Shown piece by piece: positions 28,449 through 51,652 of a stretch of 64,000 nucleotides of DNA. The notes under the pieces are model-generated. The model did not search any database and was not told where the DNA came from. It worked only from the letters and a program-made list of their open reading frames with translations. Within the stretch, counting starts at the first letter, position 1; the number at the start of each line of letters is the position of its first letter. A program made the translations under genes and the position numbers. Origin of the DNA: the human T2T-CHM13v2.0 reference genome, Homo sapiens; assembly GCF_009914755.1 (NCBI RefSeq), contig NC_060947.1; one strand, written 5' to 3'.

Positions 28449-29267
28449 ATCCTAACTCTTCAATTGGCCCTTCTTGCCTATGCTGTGAGATACCTGGCAC
28501 AATCCAAACTAATGGCCTGGGTAAATGTGCTGTGGTGGTCGTTTGGCTGCTTAGTGAGGTGCCTGCAGTCACGCAGATAATGGGTGTGGAGGAGGGGGAC
28601 AGTACAGATGACACTGCAGGGTACCTACTTTCTGGGGAACAGAGAAGACAGTGTCCTCAGCTCTTGCGTTGGCATCCTATAAAAGCAGCCATGTGTTGAA
28701 ACAAATGATATGCACAGAAAGCATACTTCTATGGCTTTGTTACACGGGTTTTCTTTCAAGAGGAAGATGACTCAGCCCTCCCAGCTTCTGCAGTCTAGCT
28801 TAGGAGAGGTGTTTGAAAAGGAGACTCAGTTCCCTCTTGTTTATAGGGTGGTTAGTGGAGGGCTGTCAGGTGATGAGGGGGAGGTTGTGTTTCGTGGGAG
28901 ATGACAGAAGACTACCAATAATCTATTTGTATACTGCTTAATGAGGAGTCATCTCACCCTCACAACATAAGCTCCTGAAACTGGGAGAGCACAGATTAAA
29001 TCCCCCAAGGATTTGGAAAGCAACATTTTCCGCTCTCTTCCAGTGGCTGCCAGCCTGCCTCTAGCAATGGCCTATTTCCTGTTTTTGAAACTCCACCCTG
29101 AGTTTATTCCCAAATGGGCCAGGTTGGAGTTACCTCTTGGTCCAAGTCCGTTGAAGATTGGGCCTTCCAGGAGGCCCAGCTCAGTTAAACAGCTTCACAC
29201 ATCCTGATATCTAACAGGCAAACCAGACAAGGTGGGTTTGAATTCTGGCTTTAAAAATTGCAGGCTG

Positions 29268-29653
29268 ACAGAAAGACAAACTTCGCATGTTCTCGCTTAT
29301 TTGTGGGAACTAACAAAACAATTGAACTCATGGAGATAGATAGAGTAGAAGATTTACCAGAGACTGGGAAGGGTACTGGGGTGGGGATGGGGATGGTTAA
29401 TGGATACAAAAAAATATAATGAATAAGACCCACTATTTGACAGCACAACAGGGCGACTATAGTCAATAATAATTTAATCGTACATTTAAAAATAAAAGTG
29501 TATAATTTGTAACAAAGGAGAAATGTTTAAGGGGATAGATACCCCATTTTTCATGATGTGATTGTTATGCATTGCATGCCTATATCAAAACATCTCAGGT
29601 ACCCCATAAATATATACACCTATGCACCCCCAAAACTAAAAAATAAGAAAATC
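29268..29653 (+). mobile_element. 5'-truncated L1MA 3' end inserted into a MIR
   Basis: L1MA 3' UTR words; perfect 15-bp TSD aaaaattgcaggctg at 29253-29267 and 29654-29668 at a tt/aaaa site. Confidence 0.85.
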
Positions 29654-31213
29654 AAAAATTGCAGGCTGTGTGACGTGACCTTGGGCAATAAGACTCTGAG
29701 CTGCCTTTTCTTCGGTGTATGTAGATAAGCTGTCTCCTGGGGCTGTGAGGATTAAATGAATAATGGCACCTATTATCTGTAAACTCAGGCAACTGAAGAG
29801 TAAGTGCTTTCTGTTAGCTTAGTGACTGCAGTCTGTCCACTGAGAAGGGAAAGGAAATGGACAGATATTGGGCCCCTGGTATGTGCCAGGCACTTTCCCA
29901 CACTATTAATACAATGACCCTGCGAAACTTGATTTCTTCAAGTTCACACTAGTAAGATGTTATGCTGCTGTCATTTTCCATGTGCTTCCCAATTGCTTGT
30001 GCTTTTAGCTGTGTCTTAAAGCTGCTTCAAAGAGGAGCAGCTTTAGAAATCCAAACTAAAACAACCATGTCTACATCAGTGGAGCTCTAGAAATTCCTTC
30101 TTAGCTGACTCACCAAAGCAAAGGTTATGCCAGCTCCCCCGCCACTGCCCCCTCAGCTGGGGGATAAGAAGACGGAGGTGGTGAGCAAGCTCATCTTCCT
30201 CCATTTTCCTCCCCAGTTCTGTCTGCCTGAAGGCCGGAGAAACCAAAAAAGCACCACCTTCTCTACTCCCACCAGAGGCGAGTTCTTTCAGGGTCCTAGA
30301 GTGAGCTGGGTTTGCTGGATTCCCGGAAGCAAAGACTCTTAAAGTTCTCAATGATAGTACTGCTTCATAGTTTGCAAAACACTTTCACATATGCTGCTTA
30401 TTTCATTCTCACAACCTGTCAAGCAAGATCTGATATCTTCACACAGCTAAGAAGTAGAGCACGCAAACAGATCAGCTTAGCCAAAGTATTTGCTCTCTGC
30501 GGCCCTCACGTGGAGGCCAATTAGATTTGGAAGAGGAGAATGCTAGGCACTATTTCCTTTAATGCCGTTACACACTGATTTGTCCTTTCCACTCTTGTTC
30601 CTCTCAACACCCCTGTGAGAAAGGGCAAGGGGAGAAATGAGCTGACTTCAAACCCAAGAAGTTGGAGTTAGAGTCCTGAGTCAAAGTCTCAATTCTGGGG
30701 GCTCTGCCACTCCCAAGCTGGGTGGCCCCAGGCAAAGTCTTCTGTAAAACCGCCTCTCTGTGTCACCCAAACCCCAGAAAGTCCTCCTCCGCTGACCCTG
30801 CGCCTGCAGTTTGCTCATTAGCACAACAGGAGCATAGCCACCTGTCTCTGTTGGGCACGCTACAGCAATAGGGTATTGTTGTCACTGTCTCCTTGCAAAA
30901 CAGCTGTCCCCAAAACCTGTGCATCATTTCCTCACAGATTCCTTTTAACCCACTCATCAAAGGTGCAAGTCAACAGGGCACGGTTCGTTTCTGTCCATCA
31001 CAAGGAGGCGTGGGTTCTAGTCCCAGCTCTGTCACTGTCTTAGCCCCTCTGAGATGGCAGCCAATATCTGCCCTACTTACCTCACAGGCCAGGGTGGGGA
31101 GCAAATGAAATCATATAGGCAAAAGCACTTTGAACAGTTATAAGACACGACACAAGAGTGACGAGTAAGAGCAGCAGGCTGTTGGTAAGCTGGAGGGACG
31201 GAGGAGGGGATGC

Positions 31214-37988
<6,775 letters not shown>

Positions 37989-38485
37989 TTACTTGTTCAA
38001 TATGTGTTACTTGAACTCAGTGAGTAGTAATGACAGGAAACGGTGCCAGGCTGTGTGCTAAGCACTTTATATTCATTCACTTATCTAATCCTCAGAACTA
38101 CTCTAAGAAGTAGGTACTATTATAGTCCCACTTTTACAGATGGAGAAACTGGGGCATAGAGGTTCACCACCTTGTAAGTGACAGAGCTGAGATGTGAACC
38201 CCAGCTATCTGGCTCTAAAGTCTATGCCCCTAACCTATATTACATTCTAGCAATGAATGCTCAAACTGAGCTCTAGAGAGATGTAACATTTTCCAAAGGT
38301 GTCACAGGAAGAGCATGGCAGAGCTGGGACTGGGAGCCAGGTCTTCCTTCTGTGCAATGTTTCTCCCGCTCTATGATAAGGTATCTGGCCACTGAGGCAG
38401 GTCCCTTGGGACTAGAGGCACAAAGAGGGATCTGAAGAGTCTATTAACAGATATCCGGTGCAGAAAAACAGCCCCAGTGGGCTAG

Positions 38486-38880
38486 GTGACTCAGCAGAAG
38501 ACAAGAGGAGACAAAGGGTAACCACTAGGGCAGGAACAAGTGTGGCTGCCAAGTCCCTTTTCTTAAGCAGGGAAAGGTAGTGGGGTGCTTTTCGGAGGTC
38601 CTATTTGAGGCCCAAGATACTCTCTTCCTGCGCTGATTTATCAAGAGTGCCCCTCCCCCACAGCTAGAGCCGCCCCAGGGCCATTTCTGCTTCATTACAA
38701 TTGGGCACACGTGGAGAAAGGATACTACTGGGGAGATCAATTATATTGCCTGATCTGCAACCTGATGTGTGGGTAGGAAGTTGGGGCGGGGCAGTGGAGG
38801 AAAAGTTTGGTCAAGCCTGACAAAACCCCAGCAGCTAATCTTACTCCACAGTAAGAGATTATAGCAAAGCATCTATAATC
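38486..38880 (+). promoter_or_regulatory. DGAT2L6: Putative DGAT2L6 proximal promoter (non-CpG-island)
   Basis: ARE/AP-1 GTGACTCAGCA at 38486-38496, E-box CACGTG at 38708-38713, GC box GGGGCGGGGC at 38783-38792, weak TATA-like words at ~38857-38879; motifs only. Confidence 0.55.
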
Positions 38881-38946
38881 AACTCAGCTTAAGAAGTTTT
38901 GACCTTCTGGTTAGGCTTCTTGCCACAACAGAACAGCACCATAACC

Positions 38947-39534
<588 letters not shown>

Positions 39535-40034
39535 TCAGGAGCTGTCCCCTATGAACTAGCTGAAAAGAGTCATATTCAGGGACAGGGCAGAAGTGGTGGT
39601 GGCTTACAGAGTTGGTGTTACTAGGTAGGTGTAGGGTGATTTTCTAGTCTATGGTTATGGTGAGACAATTCTGGAAAATCTGAGGGCTGCCTGAGTGACA
39701 TCTCAGACAGAATTTTGAGAAAGAGCCAGTTGTTCTGTGGACTCACAGCACAGAAGTCAACAATGTTGGGCCTCTCCCACCCAAGGCTCTTCTGAGGCAG
39801 CTTTTTTTTGTTGTTGTTGAGATGAAGTTTCACTCTTGTCGCCCAGGCTGGAGTGCAAACGGCAAACGGGCTGACAGCTCCAAGATTTTCCCTGCCAGAA
39901 ACCAGGGATTTGGGGGTGGTCAATTACAGGTGCAAGCTTGAAAACTGGATGAGGAGAAATAATGTCATCCTGAAGGATGAGACAGGTAGGAGACAGCTGG
40001 TTCCAACCCATGGGAGGCTATATGACCCTTAGAG

Positions 40035-40520
40035 CAGAGGCTCTCAACCAGGGTCCTATAGACCAAAAATTCAGGGTGGATGGGGGTTACTTTGAATTGG
40101 GATGAATAAAACTGCCTCTTTCTTTCCACTAACCTCTAACTGAAATGTAGTATTTCCTTCAATGATGAATGTAGGCAATAAACCACGAAGTGTTAGGAGT
40201 ACCTGTGAGTGTCAGTAACAGACATCACAGAGATTTGCATTTCATATTATAGTTGTTGCAGGCATCTCGAAATTTCATTTATGTTCACGACTACTTCAAA
40301 ATTCCAGTAGTTATTGGCACTGCTGTTAGATCTGGTTATTTAATGCATACATCAAGAAGCACATATGTTACTATATTATATTGTGGGTAATATTTTGATA
40401 ACTGAATTTTAATATAATGGGTTTCCTTTGTAAATCTGCGTATTTTATTTTGTGCATTTAAACATATTATTCAGAGAAAGGGTCCATGGCTTCACCAGAC
40501 TGCCAGAGGGGTCCACAGCC
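40035..40520 (+). mobile_element. hAT Charlie4-type element
   Basis: cagaggctctcaacc...cactaacctctaactgaaat...ggcttcaccagactgcca, recognised from memory of the consensus. Confidence 0.7.
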
Positions 40521-40926
40521 TTCTCAAAATGCAGACTTATTAAGCCTTATTAAAATCAAAACATGCTAAGCCCATTGATGGCTTGACTTTAGCTATATCG
40601 AGAGAAGAAAGTCATTTTGTTAGTAAACTTAGTTGTTTCTAGACTTTCATAGTTTCCTTTTGTTTTCCTTTGCATTTCCCCTAACTTCCTCAAAAAGACC
40701 CCTTTGATAAGTTCTGACCCTCAGCCAGGAAAGTGAGGAGCACAGGAATGTCCTAAGAGACTTGCTATTGGGGTGGCAGCAACCGTGTCAAATCCGGGTC
40801 CCAGAAAGAGTGGGCAGAGATGGGGCAGAGAGAGCAGGGGAAAGAGGTCAAGAGAGGATGAGCTATGTGAGCGGGTCCTTTTAGGTGTAGGGCCTGTCCC
40901 ACCCAAGAATGCTCTTCTGAGGCAGC

Positions 40927-42710
<1,784 letters not shown>

Positions 42711-43669
42711 ACTTCTTTTAGACTGATTAGCTTTACCATTCCATTTGTCTTTCTCTTCTAGTTTAGGTGCTATACATCTTGTTTCTGTTCTTTTAGTGAT
42801 TATGCTAGAAATTACAACACAAATCCTGGGTCTTGAAGGTTACCAAGGTAGCTTCAGTGTCCAACAGGGCGTGATGCCCACAGAGGTGCCTAAGACATTC
42901 AAATATGTTCAATCCAACAGTTATAGATTAAATACTAATGATATGATCTTGGGCTGTCCTTGCTGTGAGATCCTTGCAGCCTCCTTACTATCTAGTAACA
43001 GAGATAAACCAATCATTCATTCAATCATTGTCCGCATTTTATGTGCCAGTGCTGGACATATACACAGATCACTATAATGTAAGACAGACTGTGGTGAGTG
43101 AAAGAGCCATGACAAAGTGATATTAGGGTATCGGAATAAGAAATTATTACATAAGTTGAACAGATCAGGGGAGACAGGAAAGGGAATCACCGTGGAATGG
43201 CAAACAGGACATGAGTTCTGGAGTTCATCAGACTTAGATGGCAATTAGCTATGTGACTCCAAGCAAGTACTGCAATCCCTCTAAGTCTCAGTATCCCCAT
43301 CCTCTCAGTCTGGTCCATGGGAAATGCTCCTACAGAAATGTCTGCCTTCCTCCCTTCCTTCCTCCTCTTCTTTCTCGCCTATCTTTCCTTCCTCCTTTTC
43401 TTTCTCACCTTCTTTCCTTCCTTCCTTCTATCTTGCTCAGAGCCTCCCTCAGTGCTTCCCCTCCTTCCCAAATGATGTTCAGAATCATAGCTGATTACTG
43501 AGCATTACTGGAAGTAATGGGGAGGAAATAGAGAAAATGGAGGAAAGGCAGAGGGACAAGAAGGAAGGAGGAAGCAAGAAGAGAGGAACGAGAAAATGGC
43601 TTGGAGGAGATTTGGAACACAAATATTCATGTCCTTAAAATTAGGCTGTGGCTCTGACAGCCCCTCTGA

Positions 43670-44449
<780 letters not shown>

Positions 44450-45113
44450 TCAAAAGCATATTTGATTACATCCCTCTCCTGCTCAAAAATAGTCAGTGGT
44501 TTCCCATTGCCTAAGTGATGATGTATAAAGGTATCAGACTGGGCATTCAAAGCCCTCCTCCATTCTCTGGTGTTAACCCCTTGCCAGCTCGTCCTCCTAC
44601 TCTTCCCTACGTGATTGCCTTGCGTTCCAGGCAATCTATTCACTAAACAAACAGGAAATGTACTCTCCCACTCCTTCACCTCTGCTCCCACTACTCCCAC
44701 TACTCCTGCCAGTGGAAAGATGGCATGATAGCTCTTCCTGGACTATCCAGGGACAGCGCCTCCTTTTAGATATTACTCAAGTCATATCTTCTCTGTAACA
44801 TTTTCCAGACAACCCAAGACTATATCGCCTCTGAAAGTCTAGAGCATTTTGTAAGAATGGCTGGGTAGCAGCCATTATATCTTTGGTGCCCTCTACCCAA
44901 TAAGCTCCATGAGAACAGGAGCCCTTTCTTATCATTATTATATTTCATGCAAGACCAAGCTTGACACTAACTTGAAGGTCTTCCAGATTTCTTCTTCCTC
45001 AGCAGAAATCTTTAAATTCACTCTTATTCTTTTTTCTCTCCCTTGGACATCCTTTTTGGGTGTGTGGGCCTGCCCTCTTTCTCTGGTTTCTGGTACTGTA
45101 AAAAATAGAACAG

Positions 45114-46136
<1,023 letters not shown>

Positions 46137-47549
46137 TGATGCATTCCCAGCATTCCCACATACCCCATCACGGCATCTTTCATTAATCCCCTTCCATCAC
46201 CCCAGCATCAACTCAGCTGCGTTGGGCTGAAAAATTCTACCTCCTTGGTGACTTTCAAATTGGTATGTGAAATAGTAGCCTATTTCAGGTTCCCATTGGC
46301 TTTCATCTGAATGCCAAAACTCTTAGCTGATCTCTTTGCCTATAGTTTCTCTTGCTCTCACAGTTATTCCAGATTATCTTCCTGAAACAGACACGATCAT
46401 GCTACTCTTCTGCTCTCTGCTTACTAACCTTTACTGGCTATTCATTTCCTTCAGCATCAGGCCTAATCTCTCCAGTTTCCTTCCCAGCTTCATCTCCTGT
46501 ACCACGGCTTCCTTAGGCTGCCTGTGTTTTTGCAGGTAATGATGTTACTCCCAGGCCTTGGACTCTCCCATCTCCTGGACTTTGTTCAGGCTCTTCTTTG
46601 TGCATGGAGGACCCTTCCTCTACCAATCCATCTGACAAAAATCCTACCTTTCCTCCAAAATTCAACTTTGAACCTTATCTTTCACAAGAAACCCAGAGCT
46701 TCTCCAAGACAGGAATTTTGTTTTCCACACGTATTAATGTGAGTTAATACACATGAGGTACTTAAAATAGTTATTGGCACATAATGAATGCTATCTACTT
46801 TTTTTCCTACAGCTTGGAGTAAAGATACATGATCTCTCTGATTCTTAGTTTCTTCATCTGTAAAACGAGATAATAAAATTATCCACCTATGAGGACTGCA
46901 AGAACATTAAATGAGATAATATACATTAAGTGCTGAACAGAGTGCTGTTTCACAACAAATGGTCAATACATGGTATCAAGGACCATGCTTGCATTATTTT
47001 CATCATTTCCATATTTACTCCTTTCACCCTCCCCTTTCCAGTTCCCAACCCTGTCCCCATGGCTTTTAACATAGAGATTTCATATGAGGTAGGCTCATCA
47101 ATGTTTACTGAATTATTAAATTACCTGTCACTCCTACAAGTTCTTATATTTATAGTTTATTTGGATCCAACAAGTAATCACAAAGCCACAGAAATTCCTC
47201 TTTGACAAACTACTTTTGTTTTTTTTTTGTTTTGTTTTTTTGTTTTTTTTTTTTAAATTTCTGAAGGCATTGAGCCAACTGACTAGATTAGGCAAGCATT
47301 GCCAACATTCAGATTTAGGTCATTGCCCCGAAACATGAAACATAATGTTTTCACCCATAAGAATTATAGGTTTTCACCTTACACTGGAAATAACTCGTTG
47401 CCTATATCCTTACACACACATGCACACCTTATAACTTCAGATAGCCTTTCCTTGTTTGGAATACGGTTTCTCTTCCTATTAACTTTCACCTGCAACTTGG
47501 AGAATTGTGAAATTGAACTTCTTCCTTTACTATAATTCAATGTAATGAA

Positions 47550-49200
47550 CATTTATCATAAGCTATCTCTCTGTGTTTGGCACTGTGCTAAAGGCCAAAC
47601 TTACTGTCTGATAGGGAGAGAGACAGACATATGAGGTACTAATTACACCATCAAACAAAATGAACCAGAACCAGAAAGAAGCACGAGTAATGTCTTGGGA
47701 GTGTGCAGAAGAGGGAGTCCTCAATTCTGACCGGGAGATGAGCAAAGATATCACAAGGAAGTGTCATTTGAGCTAAACCATAAAGCCTGAGAGAATTTTG
47801 ATAAGCAGAAAGTTGGAAAGAGAGTAATAAAAATAAGGGAACAGTATCATCAAAGGCACAGAAATGTGAATTACATGGTGAGTTGAGGGAATGGGAAGTA
47901 GACAAAGGTGGTCGGGCCCGTTTCCCATACTTTAGCCATTTGTGTCCCATCTTCTGGCTCTTTCCACAGCTGTGTACCACCTATGCTATTATTACTTAAC
48001 ATACTTTTCCTTCAAATTAAGTCATCTCTGTAGCCTAAATTAATGTATTTTAACAGGAAATTTTATATCGCTACCATGAATTTGCTTTTATTCTCTATGC
48101 ATTAAAATAACTTTTTATCCATACACCACCTTGGATCATCTAATGTCCCTACAGGGCATGGGAACACTAGGCTACGAAACACTTTGAGAAATACTAGGCT
48201 GCAGCATAAGGAATGTGAGTACGGCTACTGAGAGATGAGGCTAGGAAGACACGTGGGGCTAGGCCAGTGAGGGCCTTGAATACCAAGCCAATGTGTTCAG
48301 ACTTTATTCTGTCAGCAGTTGGAAAATATTGATGGTTTTGGAGGAAGCAAACAACATTATGTGATTGTGCTTTTTAAAAATTTCTGGCAGAGGTGTGGGA
48401 AATGGATTGGAGGGGAAGAAACCCATAGCTGAAGGGCAGACAAAAGGCTGCAGTCCAGACTAGAAAAAAATCAAGTCCTGGACCATAGCAGTAGCAATGG
48501 GGACAGAGGCAGGAAGACGGATAGGAGAAGTTTTTTGTTTGTTTGTTTGTTTGTTTGTTTGTTTGTTTGGAAAGGGAAAGAAGTCAAAGATGGCCTAAAA
48601 ATATTGAACCTATGACATTTATCTTGAGGCCTGAAAGATGAATAGGAACTAGCCAGACACAGAGCTGAAGAGAGAGTTTTCCAGGCAAAGGGGACCGCAG
48701 GCAGAGAAGCCCTGAAGCTAGAGAGCACTTGAAGGAGCTGAAAAAAATAGCATGGTGGAATGCAAAGAACAAGGTGGTGGCCAGAGACTAGATCACCAAG
48801 ATCTCCTAACCCTTCTAAGCCAGGGTTAGGAGACTGGACTTGATCCTAAGGGCCACAGGAAACCATATTTATTGTTGAATTGTTAAATTACCATATACTC
48901 CCACAGGTTCTTATATTTATAGTTAACTTAGATACAGTAAGTAATCATAAAGCCACAGATATGCCTCTTTGATAAACCAGCCATGTCCTTGGCTACATGC
49001 TATAGATTGATAGAGACAGACTTGCATTTAATGCACTGGCTGCATCATGGCTCAAATGGAAGCAGGCAGCCTATTTAGAAGACACTGGTAGTCATCCAGG
49101 TGAGAGATAATGGTGGCTTTGACCAAGTGGTAGCATGGAGGTGGGAAATAGAATAATTTGAAAGATATCTGGAAGGCAGAACTGGCAAGAATTGGTAAAT
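47550..49200 (-). mobile_element. Degenerate L2, antisense, with internal insertions and (TTTG)n at ~48535-48570
   Basis: Antisense L2 words such as gagggccttgaataccaagc and catccaggtgagagataatggtggc. Confidence 0.6.
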
Positions 49201-51652
49201 GACTAAAGGGAAGTAACAGCTAGAGCTTAGTGGTTAAGGGTACAGTCTCTGGGGTAAGACAATCTTGGTTTTCAGCCCTGGCCACTCACCTGCTAGCTGT
49301 CTAATCTTGGAACAATGTAATCACTCTGAACCTCAGGTCCTCATCCACAAAATGATAATGATTACTGTTCTCATGGGGTCTTTATGAAGATTAAATAAAC
49401 TATGCCATGTGAAACAGTTTTACATGATAAGTGTACAATAGATATTGGCTATTAATCTATGGGCTAAGTGAGCAAGTGAGAGGAATCAGAGATGATTTGA
49501 AGAAAGGACCCACTTAGGTCATATTGGTACCATTTTTAACTTAAGCTAGTAATCATTAGCAATTTGAGGCTGTACAGGTTTAACTTTTTTTAAAGTCAGG
49601 ATCAGGGATAAAGAGTGACATTATGTAATGATAAATGGGCTGATTCACCAAGAAAACAACTATCCTAAATGTGCATGCATCAAATGATAGAACTGCAAAA
49701 TATATGATGCAAAAACTGATGGTGCTGAAAAGAAAAATAGACAAATTAGCAATTATATTTGGAGACCTCCTTGACAACTACAATCAATCAAAACTCACCT
49801 AACATGAAATAAATAACCCATCACTATAATCTTAATTTTAGAAGGTTAGAAACCTTCCAAAAAGAGATTTTCAGACCCAGATGGTTTCAACAGCAAATTC
49901 TACAAACATTTTACAGAAAAAATATCACGAATTCTATGCAATCTCTGCAAGAAAGCTTAAGAGAAAGGAACATTTCCCAACTCATTTACGAGGCCACATC
50001 CTGATACCAAAATCAGACAAAGATAGTACAAAAAAGGAAAAGAAAACTACAGACTAAGATCCCTCATATATATAAATGAAAAAAGCAACAAAATATTAAC
50101 AAATTGAATCCAGCAATACATTACAAAGAGTAATGCACCATGACCAAGTGGCCTTTATCCAGGAAGGCAAGTGTAAATATTTGAAAATAAATCAATGTAA
50201 ACTACCATACTAACCATCTAAGCATGAAAAAACCCCATGTAATCATATCAATTGACAAACTTCAACATGTAATCATGATAAAATCTCTCAGCAAACTAGG
50301 AATAGAAGGGAACTTCCTCAACCTGATAAAGGGCATCTACAAAAAAAAAAAAAAAAAAACCCTACAGTTAACATCACACTTGATCATGAAAGATGAAATG
50401 CTTTCTCCCTAAGATTAGAAACAAAGCAAGGATGTCCACTCTCACCACTTGTATTCAACGGTATGCTAAAAGCCCTAGCAAATGCAATATGGCAAAAAGA
50501 AAAAAAGAAATAAATGCATACAGATCGGAAAAAAAGAGAAATAAAACTGTCCTTACTTGTAGATGACATGATAGTATGTATGGAAAATCCCAAGGACTCT
50601 ACTTTAAATAAAACAAAAACCTCCAAGCACTAACAAATGAGATTAGCCAGTCACAGGATACAAGATCATGCATAAAAATTAATCACATTTCTATATACTA
50701 GCAGAGAAGAATTGAAAATAGAAATTTTAAAAAAAATACCATTTAAATACCTTCAAAAATAAAATGTTTGGGAATAAATCTAGTAAACCATACAGGATTC
50801 ATAGGCTAAAAACTGTAAAATGCTGATGAATAAAATAAAAGATCTAAATAATTAGAGACATACCATGTTCACAGATTGGAAGATTCAACACAGTAAAGAT
50901 GCCAATTCTCCCCAGATTGATCTATAAGTATAATGCAATTCAAGTAAAAATCACAGTCAGGCTATATTAGGTAATAGTTTCGCATAAATATTAAATTTCC
51001 CAAATTTGGTAATAGCATTGTGGGTGCTATAAGGGAAGAGAATATCGTTTTTCTTGCAAAATACACGCTAAAAACTATTTAGAAGCAAAAGGTTGTAATC
51101 TCTGTGATGTATTCTCAAATACAAACATATATGTATATACTTACATTTTTACATTTAAAGATAAATCAAACGTAAAATGTTGACAATGGGTAGATGTAGA
51201 TGAAGATTAAACAAGACTTTATTAAAATAATCTTGTTTTTTCAAAATAAAAAGTTTAATTAAAAAACCTCCATCAAGAGTTTTTGTAGCAATAAACAAGC
51301 TGATTCAAAAATTTATATAGAAAAACAAAGAAACTACAAATAATTAAAACAATTTTGAGAACGAATAAAGTTAAAGGAATTATACCATCTGATTTTGAGA
51401 CTTAGTATAAGACTAGAGCAATCAAGACAGTGATGTATTTGTGAAGGAATAGATATATTGATCCACAGAACAGAAAAGAGTCAAGAAATAAACACATGAA
51501 TATGGTCAATTGATTTTTGACAAAGATGAAAAAGCAATTCCATGGAGGATGAATAAGTCTTTTCAAGGAACGGTGTAGGAAAATTTGATGTCCATATGTG
51601 GCAAAATGAATCTTGACCCAAACTTCAGGCTCTATAAAAATTAACTCAAGTA

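Noticed and set aside
30141-30282. CTCF-like words (gccactgccccctcagctgg; ccaccagaggcg)
   Set aside because: Only partial matches to the CTCF core; not supportable without a PWM scan or ChIP data
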